Origin: Pseudomonadota bacterium
Lineage (GTDB): Bacteria > UBA10199 > 2-02-FULL-44-16 > JBDRGF01
NCBI GenBank assembly: GCA_043818055.1
Contig: JBDRGF010000135.1
Coordinates: forward strand, 1 to 15,374
Length of the DNA stretch: 15,374 nucleotides
Reading direction: 5' to 3'
This document shows positions 1 to 8,660 of the stretch, one piece after another; the first letter of the stretch is position 1; each line of letters begins with the position of its first letter. Position numbers and translations under genes: made by a program. The notes below the pieces were generated by a model that had not been told where the DNA came from, searched no databases, and was given only the letters and a program-made list of their open reading frames with translations.

Positions 1-30
1 AAATTTGATGCTTCCCCCGATCAAAAATTA

Positions 31-39
31 TGCTATCAT
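31..39 (+). promoter_or_regulatory. Putative extended -10 promoter for glnE
   Basis: TGcTATCAT (TGn plus a 5/6 match to TATAAT), about 20 nt upstream of the ORF start. Confidence 0.4.
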
Positions 40-59
40 TGCACCTACTTTAAAAGAGG

Positions 60-2285
60 ATGTCGCGGCATATAACAATGGATCCATTTCAACTAGACAA
101 CATTGTTTCCAAATTACGGGAGTATTCAGCCCCCTTGGCGCTAAAGCTCTCTCATAAACCACAATTGCTGGAATATTTAAAGAAAAACATCGATGCGAAA
201 TGTTCAAAGGATGACCTTGTCCGCGAATTCGAAACTGTCGAGGGTTCTGCCCTAGAGAAACTCTACAACTTCAAATACCAGCAGCTTTTTCTTTTGGCCG
301 CAAGGGATATCAGAGGTGATGATATACAGGATATCCTCACCCAGTGGAGCGCTGTAGCTGATATAATTGTGAACCAGACTTACAATCTCATCCTGGACCA
401 GATGATTATTGAGAAGGGAAAACCGACGTCACCAGGGTGTATCATAGCCCTTGGAAAGTTGGGGACAAGAGAACTCAATTTCAGTTCGGATATCGACCTG
501 CTTTTCATTTATGAAAAAGAGGGTGTGAACGAAAAAGGACTTTCCGATCACGAGTTCTACACCAAGCTAGCGTCAAAGGTTACTGAGGTTTTGACTAAAC
601 AGACTGAAGCCGGTTTTTTATTCAGAGTCGATCACGATCTCAGGCCAGAGGGTGCGAATGGAGTGCTCGCAAACTCACTTTCGGCAATCGAATATTACTA
701 TCAGTATTTTGGTCGCGACTGGGAAAAGATGGCGATGCTGCGCGCACGATTCATCGCAGGAGATGAGAGGCTTGGAGAGAGCTTCATCGAATTAATCACG
801 CCATTTGTCTATAAAAAGGCATTTTCATTTGAAGATCTCGAGGCTCTTAAAAATTTAAAGGAACTTGTGAATAAAAATGCCGATTCGGCAAATCCTTTGG
901 ACATAAAATTTTCATTGGGGGGAATAAGAACCATAGAATATTCCGTTCAGATCTGGCAACTCCTCTTCGGAGGAAAATGGCCTCAATTCAAACAGCAGGG
1001 GATACTTCCAGCAATAGATATTTTAAGCAGCACACACCTCCTTCCTCCACAGATATGCTCCCATTTACGCGAAAGCTATATCCTTCTAAGAAGCATAGAG
1101 AACAAACTGCAGATTGAGGATGAGAGACAGACATATCTGATCCCATCAAATTTAGAAAAACAGGACAGGCTTGCATCCCTGTTATTCCATGAAGAAAAAG
1201 CAACTCACAAAAGATTAATGGATGAACTGAGCAAACATCTCGCATGGACCAAAGAATATTTTAAACATCTCATGGAGTCCGACTTCGAGCTCTACCAGCT
1301 AAATCAGGCATTCATCGAAAATCTCGTCTCCTGTAAGAGCGAAGAGGAGATGATCGATTCTCTCGCCTGGTTCAGACGACAGGAGACAAGGAGAATTCAG
1401 CATCTGGATCTTGAAGGTGAAATCAGTTTTCCCCAGACGATGCATCTGCTCACCAAACTTGCTGAAGTGATCATCAAACAGGCCACGAATATCGTAACAA
1501 AAGATTTAGACCTTAATGGTTTTGCTATAGTCGCCTGTGGAAGCCTCGGCGCGGAAGAGATGAACTACGAATCTGACATCGATCTCTTCTTCATATATGA
1601 TAACCCGAAGAGGCAGGAAGAATTCACAAAGATTGCCAGAAGAATCATCTCGATGATCACGCTGCCGACTAGATACGGCACAGCATATCGCGCAGATGCC
1701 GAGTTGAGACCATCAGGACAGGGCGGATCCCTTTTGACAAGCTTAAAGAACTTCGAGAATTATCAAAAGGATGAAGCCAAATTATGGGAGAGAATCACTC
1801 TTCTAAAAGCCCGCGCGATCGGGCCTGATCAGAAATTGTCACAGAAAATAAACAGCATAATTTCAAATTTAATCAGCCAGATTAAATTTGATCCTGAGAA
1901 AACCAAGAAAGAGATAATCGATCTGAGAAAAAAATATATCGATTCCTACGGCGATAAAAGTGAAGATTCGTTTGACATCAAACATTCAGCTGGAGGACTC
2001 GAGTGCATAAATGACATTCTATCCTATTCTAAAATCTTCAATGTGACCCTCGATCCCGAGGTTAACATATTCCTAAAAGAAACGAAGATCAGCTATCAAC
2101 GACTGATCGCGATGATACGCCTGTATTCGTCGAGGGAATTTAACCGACTCGATATGGATGCTGCTTATATTGATAACATCATCGATCTCATGGGATATAA
2201 AAACAGCGAAGCGCTGATGACCGAATATGAAGAAAATATGAAAAAGGTGTTGGAAATTTATGAGAAGGTGTTGGGAAAGATATGA
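60..2285 (+). CDS. glnE: Bifunctional glutamine synthetase adenylyltransferase/adenylyl-removing enzyme, compact form
   Basis: Two GlnE nucleotidyltransferase motifs (ALGKLGTRELNFSSDIDLLFIY and ACGSLGAEEMNYESDIDLFFIY), plus GFLFRVDHDLRPEG, GRDWEKMAMLRAR, DIKFSLGGIRTIEY and YRADAELRPSGQGG. The start may be 60 or 78. Confidence 0.9.
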   Translation: MSRHITMDPFQLDNIVSKLREYSAPLALKLSHKPQLLEYLKKNIDAKCSKDDLVREFETVEGSALEKLYNFKYQQLFLLAARDIRGDDIQDILTQWSAVADIIVNQTYNLILDQMIIEKGKPTSPGCIIALGKLGTRELNFSSDIDLLFIYEKEGVNEKGLSDHEFYTKLASKVTEVLTKQTEAGFLFRVDHDLRPEGANGVLANSLSAIEYYYQYFGRDWEKMAMLRARFIAGDERLGESFIELITPFVYKKAFSFEDLEALKNLKELVNKNADSANPLDIKFSLGGIRTIEYSVQIWQLLFGGKWPQFKQQGILPAIDILSSTHLLPPQICSHLRESYILLRSIENKLQIEDERQTYLIPSNLEKQDRLASLLFHEEKATHKRLMDELSKHLAWTKEYFKHLMESDFELYQLNQAFIENLVSCKSEEEMIDSLAWFRRQETRRIQHLDLEGEISFPQTMHLLTKLAEVIIKQATNIVTKDLDLNGFAIVACGSLGAEEMNYESDIDLFFIYDNPKRQEEFTKIARRIISMITLPTRYGTAYRADAELRPSGQGGSLLTSLKNFENYQKDEAKLWERITLLKARAIGPDQKLSQKINSIISNLISQIKFDPEKTKKEIIDLRKKYIDSYGDKSEDSFDIKHSAGGLECINDILSYSKIFNVTLDPEVNIFLKETKISYQRLIAMIRLYSSREFNRLDMDAAYIDNIIDLMGYKNSEALMTEYEENMKKVLEIYEKVLGKI

Positions 2286-2295
2286 AAAGAAAAAT

Positions 2296-2420
2296 CGCAT
2301 GTAGTATGTAGTAAAAAACCCCACCCTCATCCGGTCGTTCGACAAGCTCACGACCACCTTCCCCCTGAGGGGGAAGGGCTTTGTTTTTTTGGTTTTTCTA
2401 CATGCTACATACTACATGCG
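2296..2420. repeat. Nested intergenic palindromic element between convergent glnE and dksA
   Basis: Perfect 16-bp inverted repeat CGCATGTAGTATGTAG (2296-2311 / 2405-2420) enclosing hairpins GGTCGT..ACGACC (2333-2355) and CCTTCCCCC-TGA-GGGGGAAGG (2357-2377). Confidence 0.85.
2357..2390 (+). terminator. Probable intrinsic terminator of glnE
   Basis: 9-bp GC-rich stem followed by GCTTTGTTTTTTT. Confidence 0.6.
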
Positions 2421-2430
2421 CCTTTGATTT

Positions 2431-2796
2431 TTACTCTGCAAAGCCCTTTTCGCGCCTCTCTTCCTCTTCCTTACAGCGAATACAAAGATCAGTGACAGGA
2501 CGTGCCTTGAGGCGCTCGAAACCGATCTCCTCTCCACAACTTTCACAGATTCCGTAGTTTCCCTCTTTGATCTTTTCGAGCGCTGCGTTTATCTTCTTGT
2601 ACAAAAAGAGCTCTCTGTCCCTTAGACGAAGATTCATCGCCTGATCAGACTCGCTTGAAGCCAGATCGACTTCATCAGGCAGATCTGCCTGCTCAACACC
2701 GATCCCTCCTTCGCGAAAATTCTGACCAACATTTATCAATTCAGCGCGGCGCGCTTCAAGCACCTGAGCAATCTCCTTCAGATCTTTTTTCTTCAT
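2431..2796 (-). CDS. dksA: RNA polymerase-binding transcription factor DksA (TraR/DksA C4 zinc finger)
   Basis: Coiled-coil tip DEVDLA (DxxDxA), ALEKIKEGNYGICESCGEEIGFERLKARPVTDLCIRCKE. ATG at 2796 follows the SD-like AAGGGAG. Confidence 0.92.
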   Translation of the reverse strand: MKKKDLKEIAQVLEARRAELINVGQNFREGGIGVEQADLPDEVDLASSESDQAMNLRLRDRELFLYKKINAALEKIKEGNYGICESCGEEIGFERLKARPVTDLCIRCKEEEERREKGFAE

Positions 2797-2821
2797 TATG
2801 AACTCCCTTCTTAGTTTTAAA

Positions 2822-2858
2822 GGCTGGGCACTATCTCCCGATCCAGTTTTTTTGTCAA
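2822..2858 (-). promoter_or_regulatory. Sigma70-type promoter of dksA with GC-rich discriminator
   Basis: Minus strand: TTGACA (2858-2853), 17-nt spacer, GATAGT (2835-2830), then GCCCAGCC. Confidence 0.6.
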
Positions 2859-2960
2859 CGATGAAGTGCCTCACGACTAACCCGTTGTAATGATTCGTAA
2901 TATTTATTTTTATGAACAATCTGATTGATTCAGAACCATACCGATGGTATCGGAATTCCC

Positions 2961-3458
2961 ATGCGCGCACGGATGAAAAATCCCCAGACTATCTCCGAGA
3001 TTTTAGGCAACAAATCGGCCAGATGGAAAACGAAGCTGATCCTCGATCGCTGTGAGCTGTGGAAAAAATGGAAAGAGATCGTAGGGTCCGAGCTTTCGGA
3101 TAAGATTTTTCCTGCAAGATGGAAAGGGAACATCCTCGTAGTCTGCGCTCAAAGTCATAGCTGGCTGAACGAGTTAAACTTTCTTAAAAAGGATCTTCTC
3201 GAAAACATCAAAAAAAAACTTCCCAAAATACATATCACTGATATCCGTTTCGAACTTGGAAAGCCTGTTGATATGGAACTCATCCATGAGATCAATGTCA
3301 CCGTTCCAATATCAGAATGCAAGGTCACAGCTGATGAGATGGAGTATATCGATCAGGTTTCAAATGAGATAGAGGATGAGGATGTCAGGGAGAGCGTAAA
3401 AAAGTCGATGATGCATTTTTTCAGACATAAGAGGAAGAAAACTACTTCCCCTCTCTGA
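2961..3458 (+). CDS. DciA / DUF721 family protein (replicative helicase loader-type)
   Basis: Typical pattern ISEIL...LWKKWKEIVGSELSDKIFPARWKGNILVVCAQSHSWLNELNFLKKDLLENI...ITDIRFELG. Start at ATG 2961 or 2973. Confidence 0.8.
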   Translation: MRARMKNPQTISEILGNKSARWKTKLILDRCELWKKWKEIVGSELSDKIFPARWKGNILVVCAQSHSWLNELNFLKKDLLENIKKKLPKIHITDIRFELGKPVDMELIHEINVTVPISECKVTADEMEYIDQVSNEIEDEDVRESVKKSMMHFFRHKRKKTTSPL

Positions 3459-4083
3459 AACAGCTGATCACTTCCTCTGCAGGGATGGCCCCGTCACGGA
3501 TTACCCTCATCGTATCAAGAGCCACATCGACAACAGTTGAACCTTTTGATGGATAGCACTCACCTCCATCGACGATACAGGGAAGCTTCTCACCGAAATA
3601 TTTCTTAACATGTTTGACGGAGAGCGACGGGGGAAAGTCTGTGAGGTTGGCGCTTGTGGTGGTTATCGGTCGGCCAAACGTCGAAACCAGCGCCTGCGAT
3701 ATCGGATGGGAAGAGAATCTGACACCGATCTTGCCGGTGTTTGTGACGAGATTTTTTGGAATCTTTGGGTTAGCGTTAAAGATGATAGTAAGCGAGCCTG
3801 GCCAGAATTTGTGAATGAGAGGAAAGGCGGAATCGGGGATGCTCACCACAATCTCGCTCAACATCTCAAGCCCCGAAACTAAAACAGAGACGGGCAAACC
3901 GTAATCCCGCGCTTTAAGATCGTAAATCCTCTTCACTGCCCGTTTACTGAAGAGGTCTGCGCCAAGGCCATAGATCGTCTCCGTCGGATAGGCTATGACG
4001 TCGCCGTTCCGAAGAAATTCGACTGCCTCTTCTATACCGGTCTGATCCGGATTATCCTGATCGAGCTTTATAAATTTAGTCAT
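3442..4083 (-). CDS. tsaC: L-threonylcarbamoyl-AMP synthase (YrdC/Sua5 family)
   Basis: VIAYPTETIYGLGAD, IYDLKAR, FWPGSLT, ITTTSAN and STVVD motifs. No Sua5 C-terminal domain. Confidence 0.93.
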   Translation of the reverse strand: MTKFIKLDQDNPDQTGIEEAVEFLRNGDVIAYPTETIYGLGADLFSKRAVKRIYDLKARDYGLPVSVLVSGLEMLSEIVVSIPDSAFPLIHKFWPGSLTIIFNANPKIPKNLVTNTGKIGVRFSSHPISQALVSTFGRPITTTSANLTDFPPSLSVKHVKKYFGEKLPCIVDGGECYPSKGSTVVDVALDTMRVIRDGAIPAEEVISCFREGK

Positions 4084-4086
4084 ATA

Positions 4087-4548
4087 TTATTGAGCCAGAT
4101 TGTTACGATAATCTTTCAACTTTTCCAAGTACTTTTTATCGCTCATCGCCAGGAGTTCCAATGAAAAGATCGCCGCATTCTTCGCCCCAGCCTTGCCAAG
4201 GCTCATGGTAGCGACAGGCACTCCGGCGGGCATCTGCGAGATGGAGAGAAGAGAATCGAGCCCCCCCAATGTTGATGCGGGCAACGGCACGCCGACTACG
4301 GGAAGCGTCGTGTGCGAAGCTACCACCCCGGGCAGATGAGCGGCAAGCCCTGCCATAGCGATGATGACCTTCACTCCACCATCCCTCGCGCCACTCACGA
4401 GTTCTTTAACCTTATCAGGGTTTCGGTGCGCAGAAGCAACTTCCAGTTCATAAGATATTCCAAATTCATCAAGAAGCTCTATTGCAGCCCTTGCATATTC
4501 ATCATCGCTCTTGGAACCGATGATTATCAGCACATCTACCTGTTTCAT
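4087..4548 (-). CDS. purE: N5-CAIR mutase / AIR carboxylase catalytic subunit
   Basis: GSKSD, VASAHRNP, AGLAAHLPGVVASHTTLPVVGVP, GGLDSLLSISQMPAGVPVAT. SD GGAGG precedes ATG 4548. Confidence 0.96.
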   Translation of the reverse strand: MKQVDVLIIIGSKSDDEYARAAIELLDEFGISYELEVASAHRNPDKVKELVSGARDGGVKVIIAMAGLAAHLPGVVASHTTLPVVGVPLPASTLGGLDSLLSISQMPAGVPVATMSLGKAGAKNAAIFSLELLAMSDKKYLEKLKDYRNNLAQ

Positions 4549-4560
4549 AATTTCCTCCAA

Positions 4561-4596
4561 ACTCAAGCTCTCACGCTCTTAAGCTCCCAAGCTCTT
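4561..4596. repeat. Octamer tandem repeat (AAGCTCNN-like) at the purD-purE junction
   Basis: aagctctc acgctctt aagctccc aagctctt. Bases 4578-4596 are the exact reverse complement of 9682-9700. Confidence 0.75.
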
Positions 4597-5853
4597 TTTC
4601 CCCACATCCTTCCTATAATAACAGCCTTCCCAGCTAATCCTCTCAGCCGCTTTATATGCCGTATCGATCGCGGCCTTCAGGTCTGCGCCCTTCGCTGTTA
4701 CACCCAAAACTCGCCCGCCATCGGTTACCACGTTTCCATTTTTTAGTTTTGTTCCTGCGTGAAACACAACTGTGTCGGATTCTGAAACGGTATTTTCAAG
4801 ACCTGAAATATCTAGCCCTACTCTGTACTTCTCCGGGTAGCCTGAGCTTGCCATGACAACGCAGACTGAAGGACTAGGATCCCATTTAAGTTTAATATTC
4901 TCAAGTTTGCCATCTATCGCAGCTTCAAGGATATCAACTAAGTCAGTCTCAAGGCGTGTCAAAATCGGCTGCGTCTCGGGATCACCAAATCGAACGTTGA
5001 ACTCCAGAAGCCTTGGATCGCCATGTTCATCTATTATGAGCCCCGCATAAAGCGTACCCACAAAGGGAGAGCCTAATGCCTTCATGCCCTTTACTGTCGG
5101 CCACATGATCCTCTGCATAATCTTTTCGTTGAGGAGATCGCTTGCCAATACGGAGGGAGAATATGCTCCCATTCCGCCTGTGTTAGGGCCAAGATCGCCA
5201 TCCAGAAGCCTCTTGTGATCCTGCGAAGTTTCGAGCGGGAGAATATTTTGACCATCACAGATGGCAATAAAGGACATCTCAGTGCCAGTTAAAAATTCCT
5301 CTACGACTATTCGTCTTCCCGCCTCTCCAAACTTTCCCTCTTCCAGAATCGCTATAGCAGCCTTCATGGCTTCGTCAAACGAGTTACATATTATAACACC
5401 CTTCCCGGATGCAAGCCCGTCGGCCTTCACAACACATGGATACGAGCAAACTTTAAGATGCGCTTCGATATTCCGCACCGAATCGAAGATCGCAAACTTA
5501 GTCCCCGGAATCGAATTCCTCAAACAGAACTCTCTTGTGAAGACCTTGGAGGATTCAAGACGGGCGGCTTTGGATGATGGCCCAAAGATGCGAAGGCCCT
5601 CTTCATTGAATCTGTCAACAATCCCAACTGTCAGAGGCCTTTCAGGACCGACGACAGTCAAATCGACCTGATGCTTCTTTGCAAATTCTATCAATCCATC
5701 GATATCGTTGGCGTTGATATCAACATTCTTTGCAAAACTTGCTGTTCCCGCATTTCCTGGGGCAACAAATATCTCGCGCACCTTGGGCGACTGAGCAAGC
5801 TTCCATGCAAGAGCATGCTCACGACCTCCGGAACCAATTACTAATACTTTCAT
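4579..5853 (-). CDS. purD: Phosphoribosylamine--glycine ligase
   Basis: MKVLVIGSGGREHALAWKL, VVKADGLASGKGV, QDHKRLLDGDLGPNTGGMGAYSP, EFNVRFGDPETQ, GGRVLGVTA. Confidence 0.97.
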   Translation of the reverse strand: MKVLVIGSGGREHALAWKLAQSPKVREIFVAPGNAGTASFAKNVDINANDIDGLIEFAKKHQVDLTVVGPERPLTVGIVDRFNEEGLRIFGPSSKAARLESSKVFTREFCLRNSIPGTKFAIFDSVRNIEAHLKVCSYPCVVKADGLASGKGVIICNSFDEAMKAAIAILEEGKFGEAGRRIVVEEFLTGTEMSFIAICDGQNILPLETSQDHKRLLDGDLGPNTGGMGAYSPSVLASDLLNEKIMQRIMWPTVKGMKALGSPFVGTLYAGLIIDEHGDPRLLEFNVRFGDPETQPILTRLETDLVDILEAAIDGKLENIKLKWDPSPSVCVVMASSGYPEKYRVGLDISGLENTVSESDTVVFHAGTKLKNGNVVTDGGRVLGVTAKGADLKAAIDTAYKAAERISWEGCYYRKDVGKKSLGA

Positions 5854-5865
5854 CAACCCACCTTT

Positions 5866-5955
5866 CGTACGGCGTACGGCGTGATATAAACCATGTGCTA
5901 CGATCGCTATACGCTATACGCTATACGCTATACGCGGTACGCCGTACACCGTACG
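5866..5955. repeat. Heptamer-based inverted repeat with internal (CGCTATA)4 tandem at the purH-purD junction
   Basis: CGTACGGCGTACGGCGT (5866-5882) versus ACGCCGTACACCGTACG (5939-5955), 16/17 complementary; CGCTATA x4 at 5905-5932. Confidence 0.85.
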
Positions 5956-5959
5956 CTTT

Positions 5960-7540
5960 TTAATGTCTAAAATGCCTCTCGCCCGTGAAGATCATCGCTA
6001 GTCCAAGTTCGTCAGCTTTTTTTATCACATCATCATCCTTTATCGATCCGCCCGGCTGAACGATCGCTGTGGCTCCTGCTTTCGCGGCCTCTTCAACACC
6101 ATCCGGAAATGGAAAGAACGCATCAGAGGCCAAAGCGACCACACGGGGAGATCCCGTTTGAGACTCCTTCCACTTCGAGTTTGCAATCTTCACGGAATCG
6201 ACTCTGCTCATCTGACCCGCACCAACACCCAAGAGACGATCGGCATCGGAGAAGACTATCGCGTTTGACTTTACATGTTTGACGATCCGCCATCCCAAGT
6301 CGAGTGCATTTAGCTCATCTGCTGTTGGCTTTCTCGCAGTCACAACCCGACCCTCACGAACGCTCTTTACAAAGGGATCTCTGCCCTGCACCAACACTCC
6401 TCCGACAACCCTTTTAAAAGACAAACCTTCGACAGTTTGTTTTTTAATCAGCTGTGGCAATTCAAGCAACCTCACATTTTTCTTTTTCGAATATACTTTA
6501 AGCGCCTCATCAGAAAAGGATGGGGCGACTACGACTTCAAAATAAATTTTGGCCATCTCTTCAGCCAGGTCAGCATCGATTTCGGAGCTAACTGCAACGA
6601 TACCGCCAAAGGCCGACTTTGAATCGCAAATAAAAGCCTTGAGAAAGGCATCATTGACTGATTGCTTTGAAACCGCAGCTCCACAGGGATTGGCATGCTT
6701 GACGATGATGCACCCATAAGGACTGTTTCCCAATTCCCTGAGCATCTCTATGGCCGCATCAGCATCGGCGATGTTGTTGTATGAGAGCTCTTTGCCCTGC
6801 AGCTGTTTTGCTGAAACGAGCGATGGTTCGGATGTATGACCATCAGCATAAAAGGCGGCCATCTGGTGCGGATTTTCGCCGTAGCGTAGCCCCTGAATCT
6901 TTTTCAAATTAAGCGTCATCGACTGTGGAAAAGTATTCCCATCCTTTTTCTCCCCACAGTTCGCGAGATAATCGGATATCGCGCGATCATATCGGGCGGT
7001 TAGCATAAAGGCCTTCTTCGCAAGTCGAGACCTTGTTTCGCGAGAAACCTCGCCGGCATCTTTTAATTCATCGATCACTATTTTATAATCAAGGGGATCG
7101 ACGACGATTGAAACAAAGGCATGATTCTTCGCTGACGCTCGCACCATCGAAGGACCACCGATGTCGATATTCTCTATAGCATCATCGAATGTACAGTCGG
7201 GTTTGGCTACTGTCGATTCGAAGGGATAGAGGTTGACGACGACGAGATCGATCTCCGAAAGACCATTCTCACTTAGCTCCCTCTGATGTGTCTCGTTATC
7301 CCTTATGGAGAGGATGCCGCCATATATCTTCGGGTGAAGCGTCTTGACGCGGCCATCCATAATCTCAGGAAACCCTGTAAAATCGGAGACTTCGGTAACT
7401 TCAATCCCGCCATCCCTCAAGGCCTTAGCCGTACCACCTGTGGAAAGGATCTCGACGCCTAATTTCTGAAGCTCTCGCGAGAAGTCGACAATTCCAGTCT
7501 TGTCAGACACGCTTATCAACGCCCTCTTCACTTTGGCCAT
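5960..7540 (-). CDS. purH: Bifunctional AICAR formyltransferase / IMP cyclohydrolase
   Basis: RALISVSDKTG, GRVKTLHP, ENIDIGGPSM, LRYGENPHQ, KHANPCG, GAGQMSRVDS, ASDAFFPF, TGERHFRH. SD AAGGAGA. Confidence 0.98.
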   Translation of the reverse strand: MAKVKRALISVSDKTGIVDFSRELQKLGVEILSTGGTAKALRDGGIEVTEVSDFTGFPEIMDGRVKTLHPKIYGGILSIRDNETHQRELSENGLSEIDLVVVNLYPFESTVAKPDCTFDDAIENIDIGGPSMVRASAKNHAFVSIVVDPLDYKIVIDELKDAGEVSRETRSRLAKKAFMLTARYDRAISDYLANCGEKKDGNTFPQSMTLNLKKIQGLRYGENPHQMAAFYADGHTSEPSLVSAKQLQGKELSYNNIADADAAIEMLRELGNSPYGCIIVKHANPCGAAVSKQSVNDAFLKAFICDSKSAFGGIVAVSSEIDADLAEEMAKIYFEVVVAPSFSDEALKVYSKKKNVRLLELPQLIKKQTVEGLSFKRVVGGVLVQGRDPFVKSVREGRVVTARKPTADELNALDLGWRIVKHVKSNAIVFSDADRLLGVGAGQMSRVDSVKIANSKWKESQTGSPRVVALASDAFFPFPDGVEEAAKAGATAIVQPGGSIKDDDVIKKADELGLAMIFTGERHFRH

Positions 7541-7628
7541 GGGATCTCCTTTTCAAAAGAACAAGGCTCACATAGAGGGAATCAACTTAAATTTCAACCT
7601 TAAAGTGGAGAAAAACGCTGAAAAAAAC

Positions 7629-7922
7629 ATGGCCATAAGATTTTCACAAGCCACGCCAAATCAGGTGAGCATCGCTTTGCAACAAATTCTAAATAATCCC
7701 CCCAATTTAAACTTCCACATGGATGAGATATCTGCAGTTGAATATGACCATGAAAAACCGATCGAAAAGTGCAGCGATTATCTTAAATCCAGACGCTCTC
7801 AAATTAAAAATAGTGATACGAAGAAAGGTGAGTACATTCGAAAGGCGCTGCGGGCGACACTACAGATCAAAAACCTGAACCGAAAAGAAGACAAACCAAA
7901 GAAAAAGAAACTAAATAATTAA
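7629..7922 (+). CDS. Hypothetical small basic protein (~97 aa)
   Basis: Open frame filling the gap between purH and the convergent 7929 gene, starting at ATG 7629. No motif recognised. Confidence 0.45.
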   Translation: MAIRFSQATPNQVSIALQQILNNPPNLNFHMDEISAVEYDHEKPIEKCSDYLKSRRSQIKNSDTKKGEYIRKALRATLQIKNLNRKEDKPKKKKLNN

Positions 7923-7928
7923 CCCTCG

Positions 7929-8660
7929 TCATTCCCTTGCCAGAAGTCTCTTAGCAAGTTCGTTCAAAAATTCACGAAATTTTTCCATCGCCCATTCACG
8001 CGCAGACCATCGTTCGACGAGCTTTATGTCGATCTTCTTTTTCACGGCTATCTGCAGGGCATCAGAGAGCGCTTCTTCATCACCCCATCTGTAGTAGGTC
8101 GTGAGACGACAGCGCACACAATCGGTGGCATTGAGCAGCTTATACTCTCCATATTTCGATTTTACTTTCGTATATTCCGTAACCAGCTCATCTCCCACGG
8201 TCACAGGAGGGGCCGGAAAATTGAGGGTGTAAGGACAGTCAGAACGCTTAAATGTCCTTAAGTCAACCGGTCTGAAACCGAACTTCTTTAACTTACTTTG
8301 AACCTCTTCGATGGGAAAGTTTTCCATCATAAAATCGAAGCGATCGACATGCATCATATTACCAGCGTGAACCGCAGCGCATGCCCTTCCCACCAGAACG
8401 ACATCAAACCCGCACTCTTTCAGCCACGATGAAAAAAGGCCTGCCAATTCACCTACTGCTGTTTTTTCCCAGTCAATGCGCGGAAATTTTGGACGACCTC
8501 TTTTAACTTTGGGTTTAGCCTTTTTGGGAGTTATCTTTTTTGCTGATTTTTTAGAAATCTTTTTCTTTTGAGAAGGCGATTTTTTACCAATCTTCTTTTT
8601 TAAAGATGATTTGCGTTTCGAACCTTTACGTGATTTTTTATTTACTCTTTTCAATGCCAC
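7929..8660 (-). CDS. Hypothetical protein: Lys/Ser-rich histone-like N-terminus with AT-hook plus nucleotidyltransferase-like domain
   Basis: N-terminal KKSRKGSKRKSSLKKK...KVKRGRPK; C-terminal VVLVGRACAAVH...DRFDF...FPAPPVTVGDE...LLNATDCVRCRLTTYYRWGD. Start uncertain (8684, 8669 or GTG 8660). Confidence 0.7.
   Translation of the reverse strand: MALKRVNKKSRKGSKRKSSLKKKIGKKSPSQKKKISKKSAKKITPKKAKPKVKRGRPKFPRIDWEKTAVGELAGLFSSWLKECGFDVVLVGRACAAVHAGNMMHVDRFDFMMENFPIEEVQSKLKKFGFRPVDLRTFKRSDCPYTLNFPAPPVTVGDELVTEYTKVKSKYGEYKLLNATDCVRCRLTTYYRWGDEEALSDALQIAVKKKIDIKLVERWSAREWAMEKFREFLNELAKRLLARE

Noticed and set aside
3442..3458. 17-nt convergent overlap of the DciA-family gene and tsaC
   Set aside because: Real, but short tail-to-tail overlaps are common in compact genomes.
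5730..5963. ORF with repetitive YAIRYTLYAVRR tail
   Set aside because: It is an artefact of translating the heptamer repeats, antisense to purD.
7541..7628. ZTP or purine riboswitch upstream of purH
   Set aside because: The spacer is short and AT-rich, with no recognisable aptamer.
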